DNA of 64,000 nt from Cyanophyceae cyanobacterium (GCA_038321985.1 JBBQFN010000027.1:9325-73324); one strand, 5' to 3'. Counted from the stretch's first letter, positions 1-12,030 are shown. Numbers and translations: made by a program. The notes: generated by a model from the sequence alone, not told the origin.

Positions 1-387
1 CGTCGATCCGTCGCTAATATCCACCACACAGGTTGCCAACTCCAGAGGACGACGCACTTGCTGGCAGCGAGTCAGGGCATCCTCGGCTAAAATATCCGTG
101 CGGCGATCAATATCGACAACGCATTGGGAGAGTTCTTGGGGACGCAGGGCGGAGGAACAGGCTAGGGCCACCGTCTCCGGGGGTAGTTGCTGATCCAGTA
201 ACTCGGCGGCACAGCGATTGTAATCATTATTTCTAGCTAGGGCGGGCGTAGGGCTTACGGGGATCCAACCCAGGGTCAGCGCCACCAGGGAAAGTCCCAA
301 CAGTCCCCCCTTGCGCCACCGTTGCGCCGGAGAGTTGGGATAATTTGGGGCGCTGACTTCAAGGCGATCGCTTATTTTCGGAAACAT
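1..387 (-). CDS. 5' part of a secreted, Cys-containing hypothetical protein (runs off the window start)
   Basis: Manual translation from ATG 387: MFPKISDRL...GLLGLSLVALTLGWIPVSPTPALA-RNNDYNRCAAELL...CVVDI; open to base 1; signal-peptide-like segment ending ALA. Not in the ORF track because truncated. Confidence 0.75.
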   Translation of the reverse strand, partial: MFPKISDRLEVSAPNYPNSPAQRWRKGGLLGLSLVALTLGWIPVSPTPALARNNDYNRCAAELLDQQLPPETVALACSSALRPQELSQCVVDIDRRTDILAEDALTRCQQVRRPLELATCVVDISDGST

Positions 388-468
388 CTTAAAGACTCCT
401 CATGAGAAAAAACAGGACCTTTGGAAAGAAACAGACGTTCCTGATCACAAAGTCATCTAAAGTTAGAC

Positions 469-498
469 TTGAAACTAAGTCTAGTAAACATCTATACT
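469..498 (+). promoter_or_regulatory. Putative sigma70-type promoter of rpsD
   Basis: TTGAAA (469-474), 18 nt, TATACT (493-498) upstream of ATG 542. Confidence 0.5.
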
Positions 499-541
499 AG
501 AGAGTCTGGGAAAACTGTGTAACAACTGACGAGGAAAAGGA

Positions 542-1150
542 ATGTCACGATATCGAGGCCCGAGACTGAGAATAGTACGCCGTTTGGGAGAACTGCCCGG
601 ATTATCGCGCAAAACTCCTAAGCGGGCCTATCCCCCAGGACAGCACGGGCAAGCCCGCAAAAAGCGCTCAGAATACGCAGTGCGCTTGGAAGAAAAGCAA
701 AAACTGCGCTTTAACTATGGCTTGAGCGAAAAGCAACTGCTGCGCTATGTTCGCCGTGCTCGTCGCGTCACGGGTTCTACGGGTCAAGTGCTGCTACAAC
801 TGTTAGAGATGCGTCTGGATAATACCATTTTCCGCATGGGGATGGCACCCACGATTCCAGCCGCACGGCAATTGGTCAATCACGGTCACCTCACGGTCAA
901 TGGTCGGGTAGTTGATATTCCCAGTTACAATTGCCGTCCCGGAGACACAATTATCGTCCGCGATCGGGAAAAATCTCGCCAGATGGTCCAAGCTAACCTG
1001 CAATCTCCTGGATTAGCTAATATGCCCAGCCATCTAGAGTTTGACAAAAACAAACTAGAAGGCAAGGTTAACGGAGTAATTGAGCGGGAATGGATCGCCC
1101 TACAAATTAATGAGCTCCTGGTGGTTGAATACTATTCTCGACAAGCCTAA
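542..1150 (+). CDS. rpsD: 30S ribosomal protein S4
   Basis: [37 protein letters not shown] motifs. Confidence 0.99.
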   Translation: MSRYRGPRLRIVRRLGELPGLSRKTPKRAYPPGQHGQARKKRSEYAVRLEEKQKLRFNYGLSEKQLLRYVRRARRVTGSTGQVLLQLLEMRLDNTIFRMGMAPTIPAARQLVNHGHLTVNGRVVDIPSYNCRPGDTIIVRDREKSRQMVQANLQSPGLANMPSHLEFDKNKLEGKVNGVIEREWIALQINELLVVEYYSRQA

Positions 1151-1200
1151 TTTTTCAAGTCTCGCTGCTTCTTACCGCGCAGCCTAACTAGATATTTTTT

Positions 1201-1233
1201 AAAGCCCCCAAACCCGTCAGCAAGGGGGCTTTT
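1201..1233 (+). terminator. Probable terminator hairpin after rpsD
   Basis: AAAGCCCCC...GGGGGCTTTT inverted repeat. Confidence 0.6.
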
Positions 1234-1262
1234 AGTTTGGGGATGGGGTGGAGGGGGCAAAT

Positions 1263-1378
1263 GTTCGTAGCAACGACTGAATTGGCTGCTTGGGGACTGG
1301 AGGCAGCGCATCCAAAGGGGCGTGACGTAAGCTACCGCTTACGTCATGCGGAAACGACAGCAAGTCGTTACTACAAAC
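1263..1378. repeat. REP/MITE-like element with terminal inverted repeats and an inner hairpin
   Basis: GTTCGTAGCAACGACT / AGTCGTTACTACAAAC (14 of 16 complementary); inner GCGTGACGTAAGC-TACC-GCTTACGTCATGC. Confidence 0.6.
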
Positions 1379-1393
1379 TTTCTTCCTAATCCC

Positions 1394-2539
1394 TCACCCT
1401 CCAATTTGCGACATTGTACGGCTGTAGCTTCCGGTTGCGGTGCCGGAATCTCGTTGTTTGAAGTTAATTTCTGGTTTGAGTTCGAGTAAATTGGCAACTT
1501 GCTGTCGGATTTCGCTGAGGGAGGTGCCGTCACGGAGGGCAGTTTTAAGGTCGATTTGTCCGGTTTCGTTGAGCAAACAGGGACGCAACCACCCTTCGGC
1601 ACTTAAGCGCATTCGATTACACCGATCGCAGAAACATTCTGACATTTGAGAAATAAATCCCAAGGTGCCTTTGGCGTTGGGAATCTGGAAAACATCCGCA
1701 GGGCCATTTCCGGTGACTTGTCCTTCCGTTAATCCCCAGCGATCGCGAATACGCTGGCGGAGTTCTTCGGAGGGGATCCAACCGCAGTCACCAAATAATT
1801 CCCCATTCCCGATCGGCATGAATTCTATAAAGCGAACGTGCCAATTTCGGTTAATAGTTAATTCCGCTAAATCTAAGACTTCGCGATCGTTGACTCCGGG
1901 GATGACAACTACATTTAATTTTAAAGGGTTAAATCCGATGCGATAGGCTTCCTGAATCCCATCCCAAACTTGTTGCCAGCGGCTAGGACCGCGAGTCCCC
2001 GCTAGGAAATCAAAGGTTTGGGCTTCTAGGGAGTCTAGGCTAATATTAATCCGGCGCAGTCCGGCATCGTAGAGGGTTTGGGCTTTTTGGGCGAGGAAAA
2101 ACCCATTGGTGGTTATGGCTAAATCTTTGGTTTGCGGCAAAGCGGCGATCGCCTCGACAATTTCCACCACATCTGGACGGATCAGCGGTTCCCCCCCCGT
2201 TAACCGAAACCGAGTAAATCCTACAGGGATAAAGACTTCTTTGAGTAAGGTTAACAGTTCATCCCGAGTGAGTAAATTTTGTTGGCGGATATAGTCAAGT
2301 TCCGCCCCTTCTGGCATACAGTATTGGCAGCGAAAGTTACAGCGGTCAATTAGACTAATCCTCAGATAATCAACTCGGTTTCGGGTTGGCGGGACTTCAA
2401 GGGTTGGAGTGGTATTTTTTAACGGGTTGGTTTCAACGAGATTGCCCATTTGACCCCTAGATACTTTCATCTGATATATTGAATATTCTAACGAAAAGTC
2501 CTTCAGACTATTGTTAATATGCTGGGTTTTAGTTATCAA
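1394..2539 (-). CDS. moaA: GTP 3',8-cyclase MoaA (true start probably near 2449)
   Basis: Radical [26 protein letters not shown]-terminal MSQIGG. Confidence 0.97.
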   Translation of the reverse strand: MITKTQHINNSLKDFSLEYSIYQMKVSRGQMGNLVETNPLKNTTPTLEVPPTRNRVDYLRISLIDRCNFRCQYCMPEGAELDYIRQQNLLTRDELLTLLKEVFIPVGFTRFRLTGGEPLIRPDVVEIVEAIAALPQTKDLAITTNGFFLAQKAQTLYDAGLRRINISLDSLEAQTFDFLAGTRGPSRWQQVWDGIQEAYRIGFNPLKLNVVVIPGVNDREVLDLAELTINRNWHVRFIEFMPIGNGELFGDCGWIPSEELRQRIRDRWGLTEGQVTGNGPADVFQIPNAKGTLGFISQMSECFCDRCNRMRLSAEGWLRPCLLNETGQIDLKTALRDGTSLSEIRQQVANLLELKPEINFKQRDSGTATGSYSRTMSQIGG

Positions 2540-2629
2540 AATTTTGAGGGGTTTCTTTCAAGATTTTTTATCAAGGGCGGTGAGTAGGGGTAGAGAAAAA
2601 GAAGATTTAAAGCAGTTTGACCCTGATTT

Positions 2630-3211
2630 TTAAGGATTAATCGCTTGGTCTGACCAAGTGCAATCGCCATGCAATTGATAGGACCGGCGGTTTTGGGGGT
2701 CTCCCTGCAATTCTAACCAATCCACGGCCAGTGGATTGAGTAATAGCAAACAAAAATGTGCCGGGGGTTGAGTGGAGTCGGGTATTGGGGGCGAAAAACC
2801 CAGGCGATCGCCACGGGGTGCAGCGGGATCAGGCCAAGCAAACTGCACTCGGGCGCTATCAGAGAGTTCCTGCCAAGCAAGGTAACGCGCTTGTTGTAAG
2901 GCAGGGTTAGGGGTATGGGGGTCTACCGAGCTCAGGTGACCTTGAAAGCGGAACTGTTCTCGGGTGAGGGGGAAGTACCAGCAGACTTCCCCATGAGGAT
3001 GGGCGGAGATTTGCTGGGTTTTTTGGCTACGGGCATCGGTAACGATTTTGAGTTGATTGGTTTCGTCTAAAAAGCCGCGAAAGACAACGGTGCGATTAGC
3101 GGGAGTTCCGTTTGGGCGGACTGTGGCGAGTTGGAAGTAGCGAGATTCAGGGCGGCTGCGATTGCGCTGGAGGGCCTGGTTAAGGGGCGATCGCCACGGT
3201 GCTAGAGGCAT
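2630..3211 (-). CDS. Pyridoxamine 5'-phosphate oxidase-like FMN-binding protein
   Basis: QLATV...PANRTVVFRGF, TDARSQK, REQFR motifs. Confidence 0.9.
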   Translation of the reverse strand: MPLAPWRSPLNQALQRNRSRPESRYFQLATVRPNGTPANRTVVFRGFLDETNQLKIVTDARSQKTQQISAHPHGEVCWYFPLTREQFRFQGHLSSVDPHTPNPALQQARYLAWQELSDSARVQFAWPDPAAPRGDRLGFSPPIPDSTQPPAHFCLLLLNPLAVDWLELQGDPQNRRSYQLHGDCTWSDQAINP

Positions 3212-4411
3212 GATTCAACGGGGGAAAGCAGAGATTGGCTTTCGTATTCTATCTTCATAGCAAAGGCGATCGCCTCTGAAGCCTGACCCCATATTTCTAA
3301 ATTGTGAATTAAATCTGTAGAAATCTCCTCGGTAACCGGGATTCACTTAGACTTAAAAAAAGTAACGACTTCCTCGCTTCCTGGTGGTTAAACCCGGTTG
3401 TGTAACGTGAGTGGCGGGAAAATTCGGCGACGCTTTGACGCTTTAACTATATTAATGCAAAAGTTCAGCTTGATGGGGGGAGTAGCATTGTCAGGTAAAA
3501 GGGGGTGAAAAGCCTTTCGTAGCCGACATTTATCTCCTTATTCCATTAACTTTATTTCAAATTGATAGAGGGCAGAGAATTTGTAAAATCCCTTGCCCAA
3601 CAGCAGCAAAGCGCGGATAACCCAACCCCATGAATCCCAAACCCCATCCACTTATCCCGAAGGATTGGCCGTATCACTTTTGCACTGCATTCGGTATTCT
3701 CGACAAGTTACCCAACAGTTTCTTGACAAAAATTTACGTTTTTCCTCAAATTAAACATTGCCAAAATATCCATTTTGAGGTAAAGCTGTAACCTTTTATT
3801 GAACTAAAAATAGTTTCTTTTTTGTGTAATTTGTTGCTGAAATTCCCACCGAGTCTAGGATAGATTTGTTTAGAGAAGTTAAAAAATTTCTCTTCCAGTT
3901 AGCATTAGCGCTTCAGATGTTTCAGAGAAACGCAGTCCGTGCGGTGGTTCAACCAGGGTGTGTCAATCCTACAATGGGCAACCTAACCGATTCACGGTGG
4001 GTACTATTAGCACAGGCCTCCAAAAGGTTCTCGTTCCCCAGTTAGGGCGATCGCGCTTCGGGTTTAGAAGTTAAAAACGCAAAATCAGTTCGAGGAGTGT
4101 GTTGCTTAATTGCTGCCCACCGTTCAGACCCCAAAAATGCTGCATGGGTCCAGGGAAAACCTGCACCCAGGGGACTGTCTGAGTGCCGACTCCAGCAGAA
4201 TTATGCCCCGCACAGACGCTATAAGCGCAGACCCGAAGTTTCTCCTCCACCCAGTTCACCGCCAGCCCCCCAAACCCAGTCTGTTGAGTCCAGAGTATTA
4301 AGGGTGGGCTTCCTCCCAAAAGCCAAAGGCAGGAAAAAAAGCTAAATTGTGCAATCTACCCTGACTCCAGCCTAATCCTGCCTCCCAATTTCTCAATCCG
4401 AAACCCTAAGC

Positions 4412-7400
4412 GTGAAACGACGACCCATGCATAACCTAAAAGGCAGCATTTGCGAGAGTCTTAGCTTGTGCCAAGACCTCAGCAAACGGGAATTTAACCA
4501 TGATCCCCTGAATCCAACCCGCGCTTCTGTTTTACAACAACTGACCCTCGGCGTTGCACAAGCTGAGGATTTTGATACAGCATTAAGTTTAGTCCTGCGA
4601 CGCATCTGCCAGACGGCTGAGTGGGATTATGGAGAAGCTTGGTCCTTAAATATCGAGAGGGGCTACCTTCAATGCAGCCCTGCATGGTATGCAGGAGCAA
4701 TGAACGCCCTGGGGCAATCCTTACCCGAGATTGAAAAATTCCGACGACAAAGCGAAACCCTCACCTTTTTCCCGGGAATCGGGCTTCCCGGCCGGGTGTG
4801 GCTGCAACAAAAGCCTGAGTGGGCCAAAGATGTATCCGAACTGCCCCAAGCAATTTTTCAACGGGCCAAAGTCGCTAGAAAATTGGGAGTCAAAGCCGCC
4901 TTGGGAGTTCCAATTCTTGCCAAGGAAGAAATCCTCAGTGTGGTGATTTTCTTCATGGTGGAGTCGCGTCCAGAAGATGGGCGAATGGTTGAACTGGTCT
5001 CAGAAATTCTCAGGGGACTGGGATCAGTGCTTTTCCATAAACGATCGGAAGAAGTCTTACGAAAAGCGGAACAAAAATATCGAAATCTTTTTGAACGTTC
5101 CATAGAAGGAATGTTTCAAAGTAACCCTTCCGGGGAATATCTCCTCGTCAACTCCACCCTAGCCAATATTTATGGTTATGATTCACCCTCGGAAGTCATG
5201 AATTCGATTCGGGATATCCAACATCAGCTTTATGTCGATCCGAAACGCCGGGTAGAACTCCACCATCTGTTACAAAAAAAAGATGCCGTTTGGGACTTTC
5301 AATCTCAGTGTTATCGCAAAAATGGCAGCATTATCTGGATTTCCGAAAATGCTCGGACAATCCGGGATGCTAACGGCAAAATTGTAGCTTATGAAGGCAC
5401 TGTTAAAGATATCACTGATCGCAAACGTGCGGAAGAACGCTTTGCCGCCTTGGTGCAAAACTCTTCAGACACCATTACTATTTTATCTGCGGACGGACAG
5501 ATTATATATGGTTCTCCCTCACTCGATCGCATTTTAGGATATCAACCGGATACCTTACTGGGTCAGTACCTCCTTGATTACGTCCATCCCGAAGATGTGG
5601 CGATCGTTCAAGATGTTTTAATTCCCCGATCCAAAGCAGCAAGTGGAACGCGATCGCAACCCCCGTCCCCTTTCAAAAACCCCCACCCGTCTAAAGTAAC
5701 TGCGGATCTCCCCCCCGTCACCCTGCTAGACCGGCCTGATCGCCTATCATCCTTAAAACCCATTGAGTATCGATTTCGTCATGCGGATGGAAGTTGGGTT
5801 TATTTAGAATCGGTAGCGAATAATCGCCTCGCCGATCCCAGTATCGAAGGGATTGTGGTCAATTCTCGGGATATCACCCAACGCAAACAAGCCGAAGAAC
5901 AACTGCATCAGCGACTGGTAATCGAAGCGGTGTTATCTCAAATTTCTCGCTTGTTTGTGTCTACAAGGGAACCCAATTTCAATAAAATTCTAGCCCGGGT
6001 GGGAATTGCCGCCGGGGTAGAACGAGCTTACATTTTTGAGCTCGACGATCGCCTCAGTCAGTTTAATAACACCTACGAATGGTGTTCTAACGCAGCAATT
6101 TCCCAAATCCATAACCGCCAAAACCTGAACAGGGTTGATTTTTCGTGGCTGATCGAACAGTTGTGTGTCCTAGAACTGTTGGAGATCAGCGATATCAAGT
6201 CCCTACCCAACGCGGCCCATGCCGAAAAAGCACTATTCCTCTCTCAAAATATCCAGTCGCTACTCATTGTCCCGATTTTTTCCCAGGAAGAACGGTTAGT
6301 CGGCTTTCTGGGATTTGACGATCGCCAAACCCAACCCAATTGGTCCGTTAGCCATGCTCAACTCCTGCGGGTAATTGCCCAAATGCTCTCCAGCTATTAT
6401 CAACGCAAGCAAACCGAGGAAGCCCTGCGGCAGGCGGAACGCAAATATCGCAGTATTTTTGAAAATGCGGTGGAGGGGATTTTTCAAACCACTCCCGATG
6501 GTCACTACCTCACCGCCAATCCGATGTTAGCCTCGATCTATGGGTATGATTCCCCAGAAGAATTAATCCAGGTCCTGACAGATATCGAGCATCAACTCTA
6601 CGTGGACCCTTCGCGCCGGTCCGAGTTTCGGCGCTTGTTACAAGAACAAGAGACGGTATGTGGGTTTGAGTCCCAAGTCTATCGATGCGATCGCCGGATT
6701 ATCTGGATTTCTGAATGTGCGAGGACTATCCGCAATAACAACGGTGAAATTATAGGATATGAAGGCACCGTAGTCGATATCACCCAGCGTAAACAAGCCG
6801 AAGTGGAACTCCACCAACGGGACAATTTACTGCTCGGGGTAGCACAGGCCATGAATCACCTGCTGACTAATGCTAACACCGCTCAAGCGGCACTCGATGC
6901 CCTCGCCACCCTAGGACAAGCGGCAGGAGTTGATCGCGTTTATATTTGTGAGCGGTCTAATCCCACCAAAGCTTATAACTTCGGGAACTCCTCACAACCC
7001 AAGCAGACCCTCTCATCTTGTTCTGATTGTACCTCCCAAGAAAATTGTGAGTTGTGGATTCGGTTTCAGTGGACCCGAATTCCCCAGGTCGGGTTAAAAA
7101 ATGGAGCCTGTTCCGTTGTCCATTTGCACTCTACCTTGTTAGATACTTTGTTAATCGGTGAAACGGTGACTTTGCTCACCCAGAACATGGCTGAAGTGGA
7201 GCAAAAACTTTTTGTCAAGGAGGGCACGCGCTCCAGTTTGATGGTACCGATCCTAGTAAATAATGAATTTTGGGGTTATATCGGATTTGATGACATTGAG
7301 GTTGAGCGCCTTTGGTCCAAAAGCGAAGTCTCGATTCTAAGTGCGATCGCCGCGAGTATTGGGGGTGCTCTCCAGCGTCATCACCAAGAAGAAATGATTC

Positions 7401-8704
7401 GCCATCAAGCCTATCATGACCGCCTCACGGGTTTACCTAACCGGCAACTGTTGGATGAACGTCTGCCGATTGCGATCGCCACCGCCAAACAGGAAGGACA
7501 ACAACTGGCGGTGATGTTTCTCGACCTTGACCGCTTCAAAATTATTAACGATACCCTCGGTCATGCGGTGGGAGACGAACTGTTAGAAACTGCTGCTATC
7601 CGCTTGACTAAATGTCTGCGGGATAACGATATTATAGTGCGCTGGGGCGGGGATGAATTTATCCTTTTGCTAGAAGGAATTACCAGCACAGAAGATACCG
7701 TCCAGATTGCTCAACGTCTGCTGGAATGCCTGCGTCCCGCTTTTGAAATAGAAGGAAATAAACTCTACATTACCGGCAGTATCGGCCTTGCTCTTTATCC
7801 CCAAGATGGAGAAGACCCGGAAACCTTGATTAAAAATGCCGATACTGCTCTTTATCGAGTTAAAGAACAAGGCCGAAATCATTATCAGATTTACTCTCCC
7901 GCCATGACTTCAGAAGCCTCGGAGTTAATGGTATTAGACAATTCCCTCCATGAGGCGCTAAAACGGGAAGAGTTTTTTTTAGAGTATCAACCCCAGGTAA
8001 ATCTGAAAACAGGGGCAGTCGTGGGGATGGAGGCCCTGGTCCGTTGGCAGCACCCAAAGTTGGGATTAGTACCCCCGCATACTTTTATCCCGATCGCGGA
8101 GGAAAACTGCGAAATTATCAAGCTGGGGTGGTGGGTATTACACCGGGCGATCGCTCAAAATAAAGCATGGCAGGATGCGGGATTGCCTCCTGTTCGAGTT
8201 ATGGTGAATCTGTCTACCCGTCAGTTTCACCATCCTGATTTAATTAAAAATATCTCCGAAATTTTAGAGGAGACCAAGCTCGATCCTCATTGGTTAGGGT
8301 TAGAAATTAGCGAAACTACTGCCATGCACGACCCCGACTTAACCGATAGCATTTTGCGTCAGTTCAGAACAATGGGGATTTCAACGGCAATCGATGATTT
8401 TGGAATTGGGTATGCCTCCCTAAATTATCTGAAAAAATTTTGCTTTCAAACTTTAAAAATTGACAAATCTTTTGTTTGGGATATCGCCCTCAATGCTAAA
8501 GAAGCAGCGATCGTTACTGCAATTATTACCCTGGGACAAAATCTAAAGATGAGTGTCGTTGCTGAAGGAGTAGAAACTGCCATCCAGCGCGATTGCCTCA
8601 CGGACCTCAATTGCTACGAAATGCAAGGCTATTTGTTTAGTCCCCCCGTAGGTGCCGAAGACGCTACCCGACTGCTGTGGGAACAAAGCCAAAGGCTATT
8701 GTAG
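4412..8704 (+). CDS. GAF/PAS multi-sensor diguanylate cyclase/phosphodiesterase (GGDEF-EAL)
   Basis: GAF (GLPGRVW), three PAS/PAC repeats (DITxRKxAE), further GAF domains, HDRLTGLPNR, RWGGDEF, EALVRW, DDFGIGY. Confidence 0.95.
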   Translation: MKRRPMHNLKGSICESLSLCQDLSKREFNHDPLNPTRASVLQQLTLGVAQAEDFDTALSLVLRRICQTAEWDYGEAWSLNIERGYLQCSPAWYAGAMNALGQSLPEIEKFRRQSETLTFFPGIGLPGRVWLQQKPEWAKDVSELPQAIFQRAKVARKLGVKAALGVPILAKEEILSVVIFFMVESRPEDGRMVELVSEILRGLGSVLFHKRSEEVLRKAEQKYRNLFERSIEGMFQSNPSGEYLLVNSTLANIYGYDSPSEVMNSIRDIQHQLYVDPKRRVELHHLLQKKDAVWDFQSQCYRKNGSIIWISENARTIRDANGKIVAYEGTVKDITDRKRAEERFAALVQNSSDTITILSADGQIIYGSPSLDRILGYQPDTLLGQYLLDYVHPEDVAIVQDVLIPRSKAASGTRSQPPSPFKNPHPSKVTADLPPVTLLDRPDRLSSLKPIEYRFRHADGSWVYLESVANNRLADPSIEGIVVNSRDITQRKQAEEQLHQRLVIEAVLSQISRLFVSTREPNFNKILARVGIAAGVERAYIFELDDRLSQFNNTYEWCSNAAISQIHNRQNLNRVDFSWLIEQLCVLELLEISDIKSLPNAAHAEKALFLSQNIQSLLIVPIFSQEERLVGFLGFDDRQTQPNWSVSHAQLLRVIAQMLSSYYQRKQTEEALRQAERKYRSIFENAVEGIFQTTPDGHYLTANPMLASIYGYDSPEELIQVLTDIEHQLYVDPSRRSEFRRLLQEQETVCGFESQVYRCDRRIIWISECARTIRNNNGEIIGYEGTVVDITQRKQAEVELHQRDNLLLGVAQAMNHLLTNANTAQAALDALATLGQAAGVDRVYICERSNPTKAYNFGNSSQPKQTLSSCSDCTSQENCELWIRFQWTRIPQVGLKNGACSVVHLHSTLLDTLLIGETVTLLTQNMAEVEQKLFVKEGTRSSLMVPILVNNEFWGYIGFDDIEVERLWSKSEVSILSAIAASIGGALQRHHQEEMIRHQAYHDRLTGLPNRQLLDERLPIAIATAKQEGQQLAVMFLDLDRFKIINDTLGHAVGDELLETAAIRLTKCLRDNDIIVRWGGDEFILLLEGITSTEDTVQIAQRLLECLRPAFEIEGNKLYITGSIGLALYPQDGEDPETLIKNADTALYRVKEQGRNHYQIYSPAMTSEASELMVLDNSLHEALKREEFFLEYQPQVNLKTGAVVGMEALVRWQHPKLGLVPPHTFIPIAEENCEIIKLGWWVLHRAIAQNKAWQDAGLPPVRVMVNLSTRQFHHPDLIKNISEILEETKLDPHWLGLEISETTAMHDPDLTDSILRQFRTMGISTAIDDFGIGYASLNYLKKFCFQTLKIDKSFVWDIALNAKEAAIVTAIITLGQNLKMSVVAEGVETAIQRDCLTDLNCYEMQGYLFSPPVGAEDATRLLWEQSQRLL

Positions 8705-8740
8705 AGCTCGGCCTACATCGGGACCTGCCTGAATCCCCAT

Positions 8741-8768
8741 GTAGGGGCAATTCATGAATTGCCCCTAC
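8741..8768. repeat. Perfect 28-bp palindrome (GTAG-type REP-like; possible bidirectional terminator)
   Basis: GTAGGGGCAATTCA-TGAATTGCCCCTAC between convergent genes. Confidence 0.8.
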
Positions 8769-8820
8769 TTTCTATCGCATCCTGATTCAGAAACGATAAT
8801 AAGACCGGGGATAACGAAAC

Positions 8821-10941
8821 TTAGGCGGGGACCCGTTCTTTCTGTTCTCTGACCCAGTGACGGTGTTGAGCGATCGCCTGGATAAACGCCGACGCTGCCG
8901 ATTGCATATCAGACCCTCCAACTAGGGTAACAATCCCTTTTTCAGATTGCACCTGTCCATTGGATTCGGACTCTAATAAGCTCACCCCTCGAATACTCGA
9001 TACCTTGAGTAATTCCACCCCTTCACCTGTGGCGGCGATCGCCTTGCAATGCCGGAACGCCTCATTAATAAAATGAATTGCGTCTCCTTCCTCCTTCAAA
9101 GTCTCGATGCTTTGCTGTCCCCCGGGAACATAAATCGCATCATACATAATCGAACCCGTGGCGATAAACATCTTATCTACCTCCACTTGCTCACCGGATG
9201 CACTGGTAATCATGCCGCCAAACTTCGAGATCACCTTCGCACTCGCCCCCGCCTCCTGCAATGCCTGCTTCATTTGCATTAACTGAGCGCCATCAAACCC
9301 ATCCGCTGCTAAAATCGCCACTTGCCGACTCTGCACCGAATCCTTAACCGTATTCTCCATACTGAGTGAGGGAGAACGGCGACCGTGATTTTCCAAAGCA
9401 GGTTGACTCGGAGGTGAGATTCCAATCCCCTTGGCGACACGCTTGGCTAAGTCATGATCCACATGGTTAAACAGATCCACCATCCGTTCCTGAATCTGCT
9501 TGTCTTCCAACTTCCCTAACTCAAAATGACTGGCAGACACTAAGTGATCCTTTTCCACATCGGACAAGCTATTCCAGAACAATGTCGCTTGGCTAAAATG
9601 ATCCTGGAAACTGTCGCTGCGTTTGCGGATTTTCAGCCCTTCCACCTTCTCGGCATAGTGAGTATAAGCCCGCATATTCTCCGGATTCGACATGGGACAG
9701 CCCCCCGCCCGTGAGTTGGGGAAATAATTTACCTGACCCTTATCAATGGTTTGGCGGGAATACCCATCGCGCTGATTGTTATGGGTGGGAGCAACTGGAC
9801 GGTTAATTGGGAGTTCAGCAAAGTTCGGTCCACCTAACCGGATCAACTGTGTATCGGTATAGGAAAACAAGCGACCTTGTAACAACGGATCATTACTAAA
9901 ATCAATTCCAGGGACTACATGACCTGGGTGAAAGGCAACTTGTTCGGTTTCTGCGAAGAAGTTATCCGGATTGCGGTTTAAAGTCATTTTGCCGATGATT
10001 TTCACCGGCACTAATTCCTCGGGAATTAGCTTCGTAGGGTCTAACAAGTCAAAGTCAAATTTATCCGCCTCTTCCTCATCAACCAGTTGTACCCCTAACT
10101 CATATTCGGGATAATGGCCCATTTCGATCGCATCCCAGAGGTCACGCCGGTTAAAGTCTGGGTCTTTCCCCGCCAGCTTTTGGGTTTCATCCCAGACTAA
10201 CGAGTGCATCCCGAGAGGGGGTCGCCAGTGCAACTTCACCAACCGCGCCTTACCTTGCTCATTAATCCAGCGGAAGGTATGGACGCCGAACCCTTCCATC
10301 ATGCGATAACTGCGGGGTAAAGCGCGATCGGACAGTACCCACATAATCATGTGCATCGATTCTGGCATCAGGGAGATAAAATCCCAGAAATTATCGTGAG
10401 CCGCAGAAGCCTGGGGCATCTCGTTGTGCGGTTCAGGCTTAACCGCATGGACCAGATCCGGGAACTTAATCCCATCCTGAATGAAAAAGACTGGCATATT
10501 ATTGCCTACTAAGTCGTAATTCCCTTCTTCAGTATAAAACTTAGTGGCAAACCCTCGCACATCCCGCACCGTATCCGCCGAACCTCGAAACCCTACCACC
10601 GTCGAGAAGCGCACAAATACCGGAGTTTTCACCGCAGGGTCTTGGAGGAATTTGGCCTTGGTGTATTCCGCCATTGATTCATATACTTGAAAATAACCAT
10701 GCGCCGCAGAACCCCGGGCATGAACCACCCGTTCGGGAATCCGTTCATGGTCAAAGTGAGTCATTTTTTCGCGGAAGTGGAAGTCCTCCATTAAGGTTGG
10801 ACCTCGCTCACCCGCTTTTAGGGAATTGTTGGTGTCATCAATTTGAAGGCCCTGGTTGGTGGTCAAGTTTTCGCCTGTCTCCCGGCGAAACATTTCTAGG
10901 CTTTCATTTTTCTTTTGTTCGGAATTATTATCCTGATTCAT
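8821..10941 (-). CDS. katE: Large-subunit monofunctional catalase (HPII type) with C-terminal DJ-1/PfpI-like domain
   Basis: [15 protein letters not shown] and RLFSYTDTQ signatures; C-terminal YDAIYVPGG. Confidence 0.97.
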   Translation of the reverse strand: MNQDNNSEQKKNESLEMFRRETGENLTTNQGLQIDDTNNSLKAGERGPTLMEDFHFREKMTHFDHERIPERVVHARGSAAHGYFQVYESMAEYTKAKFLQDPAVKTPVFVRFSTVVGFRGSADTVRDVRGFATKFYTEEGNYDLVGNNMPVFFIQDGIKFPDLVHAVKPEPHNEMPQASAAHDNFWDFISLMPESMHMIMWVLSDRALPRSYRMMEGFGVHTFRWINEQGKARLVKLHWRPPLGMHSLVWDETQKLAGKDPDFNRRDLWDAIEMGHYPEYELGVQLVDEEEADKFDFDLLDPTKLIPEELVPVKIIGKMTLNRNPDNFFAETEQVAFHPGHVVPGIDFSNDPLLQGRLFSYTDTQLIRLGGPNFAELPINRPVAPTHNNQRDGYSRQTIDKGQVNYFPNSRAGGCPMSNPENMRAYTHYAEKVEGLKIRKRSDSFQDHFSQATLFWNSLSDVEKDHLVSASHFELGKLEDKQIQERMVDLFNHVDHDLAKRVAKGIGISPPSQPALENHGRRSPSLSMENTVKDSVQSRQVAILAADGFDGAQLMQMKQALQEAGASAKVISKFGGMITSASGEQVEVDKMFIATGSIMYDAIYVPGGQQSIETLKEEGDAIHFINEAFRHCKAIAATGEGVELLKVSSIRGVSLLESESNGQVQSEKGIVTLVGGSDMQSAASAFIQAIAQHRHWVREQKERVPA

Positions 10942-11799
10942 GGTTGATTTTTACTGGTGATGAGGTTTATTGCTACAGCGGCGATCGCTTCTTTAAGTTA
11001 CCCAGTTGGGAGTCGGAGGAAATCGGGGCCGGAACGGGGGATAGGGCATATTAAAACCTTGAAAAGACTGAAAAATTTACGACAAGCCCAATAAAAAACT
11101 GCTATCAATTCAGCGCAAAAAATTTAGAAAGGTCAGAGTATCTCCCCTTCCTTCTCTTTATTTTCAAAATAGCGTAGTTTCATTTAAGCGGCTAGAAGTT
11201 AAGGTGGTACTTCTACTATCCGTAATAGAAAACTTATCAAAAAAATAACCTCGATAGTGATTAATATTCAGCCGCTCGCAGAATCATTACCTAACCGGAC
11301 AATTGCTTTGGGTCAAAGGGATCCGATAAAATTGCGGTTTTAGAACGACAGATTTATTCTGTAGAAAGCTCGCGCCGACTATTATTGATGTTCACACTCC
11401 AATAAAGCAGTCGCCCGTTCTATATTAGCAGAGAATAGCCGGAGATAGAAACGGGTGGACCACTAATTTTTCAAGGTCGCTTCAGGCCAATTTATCCCTT
11501 TTTAGGGAGGAATTCTACAATAAAGGAAAAGACATAATCAGTCATCTATCTAAAGGCATAAAATAGTCCTACCCAAGTCTAACTCTCAACAATTCTCTCA
11601 TCCCAGCTTACCTGTTACAGAAAGATCTGTTGCCTACTTCTGCTTAAACATCACTAAAGTGATATCGTCATATACAGTTTGGGTGCCAATATGTTGTCGG
11701 AGGACTACATCCCCTCAATTCAATCGCCAAATAAAACAGCGATCGCAACCTAACCTACCCCAAATTGCGATCGCCCATTAATTTTTAGAGCATTGCCGA

Positions 11800-12030
11800 T
11801 TATGCGTAGCTCTCTTGTTGTTTAAAATAGTGGTAAAGATTTGCCACCGTCAAATCAGGTACTTCTTGCCAATTCGAGGGCGCTAATGCATTATATCCCG
11901 TGGCATTGGCTCTCTGAAATACATAAAATTCATGTTTGTGACGCAATTCCGGTTTTACAATAAAGCGAAGTTGATCCCGCAGGGAATCATAATGAGATTT
12001 TTGCTTTAATGTTTCATAAAGGGACTGTTT
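11800..12030 (-). pseudogene. Probable 3' gene fragment of unknown family
   Basis: Only the distal part of ORF 11800..12183 looks protein-like; its 5' part is the antisense of the + strand fragment below. Confidence 0.35.

Noticed and set aside
33..236. 67-aa + strand ORF and other short antisense ORFs inside long genes
   Set aside because: Shadow ORFs; here the real gene is the truncated minus-strand CDS at 1..387.
3212..4411. 1.2-kb intergenic region before the GGDEF-EAL gene (c-di-GMP riboswitch or small ORFs)
   Set aside because: No GEMM consensus was recognised and the short ORFs lack motifs; an Rfam scan would be needed.
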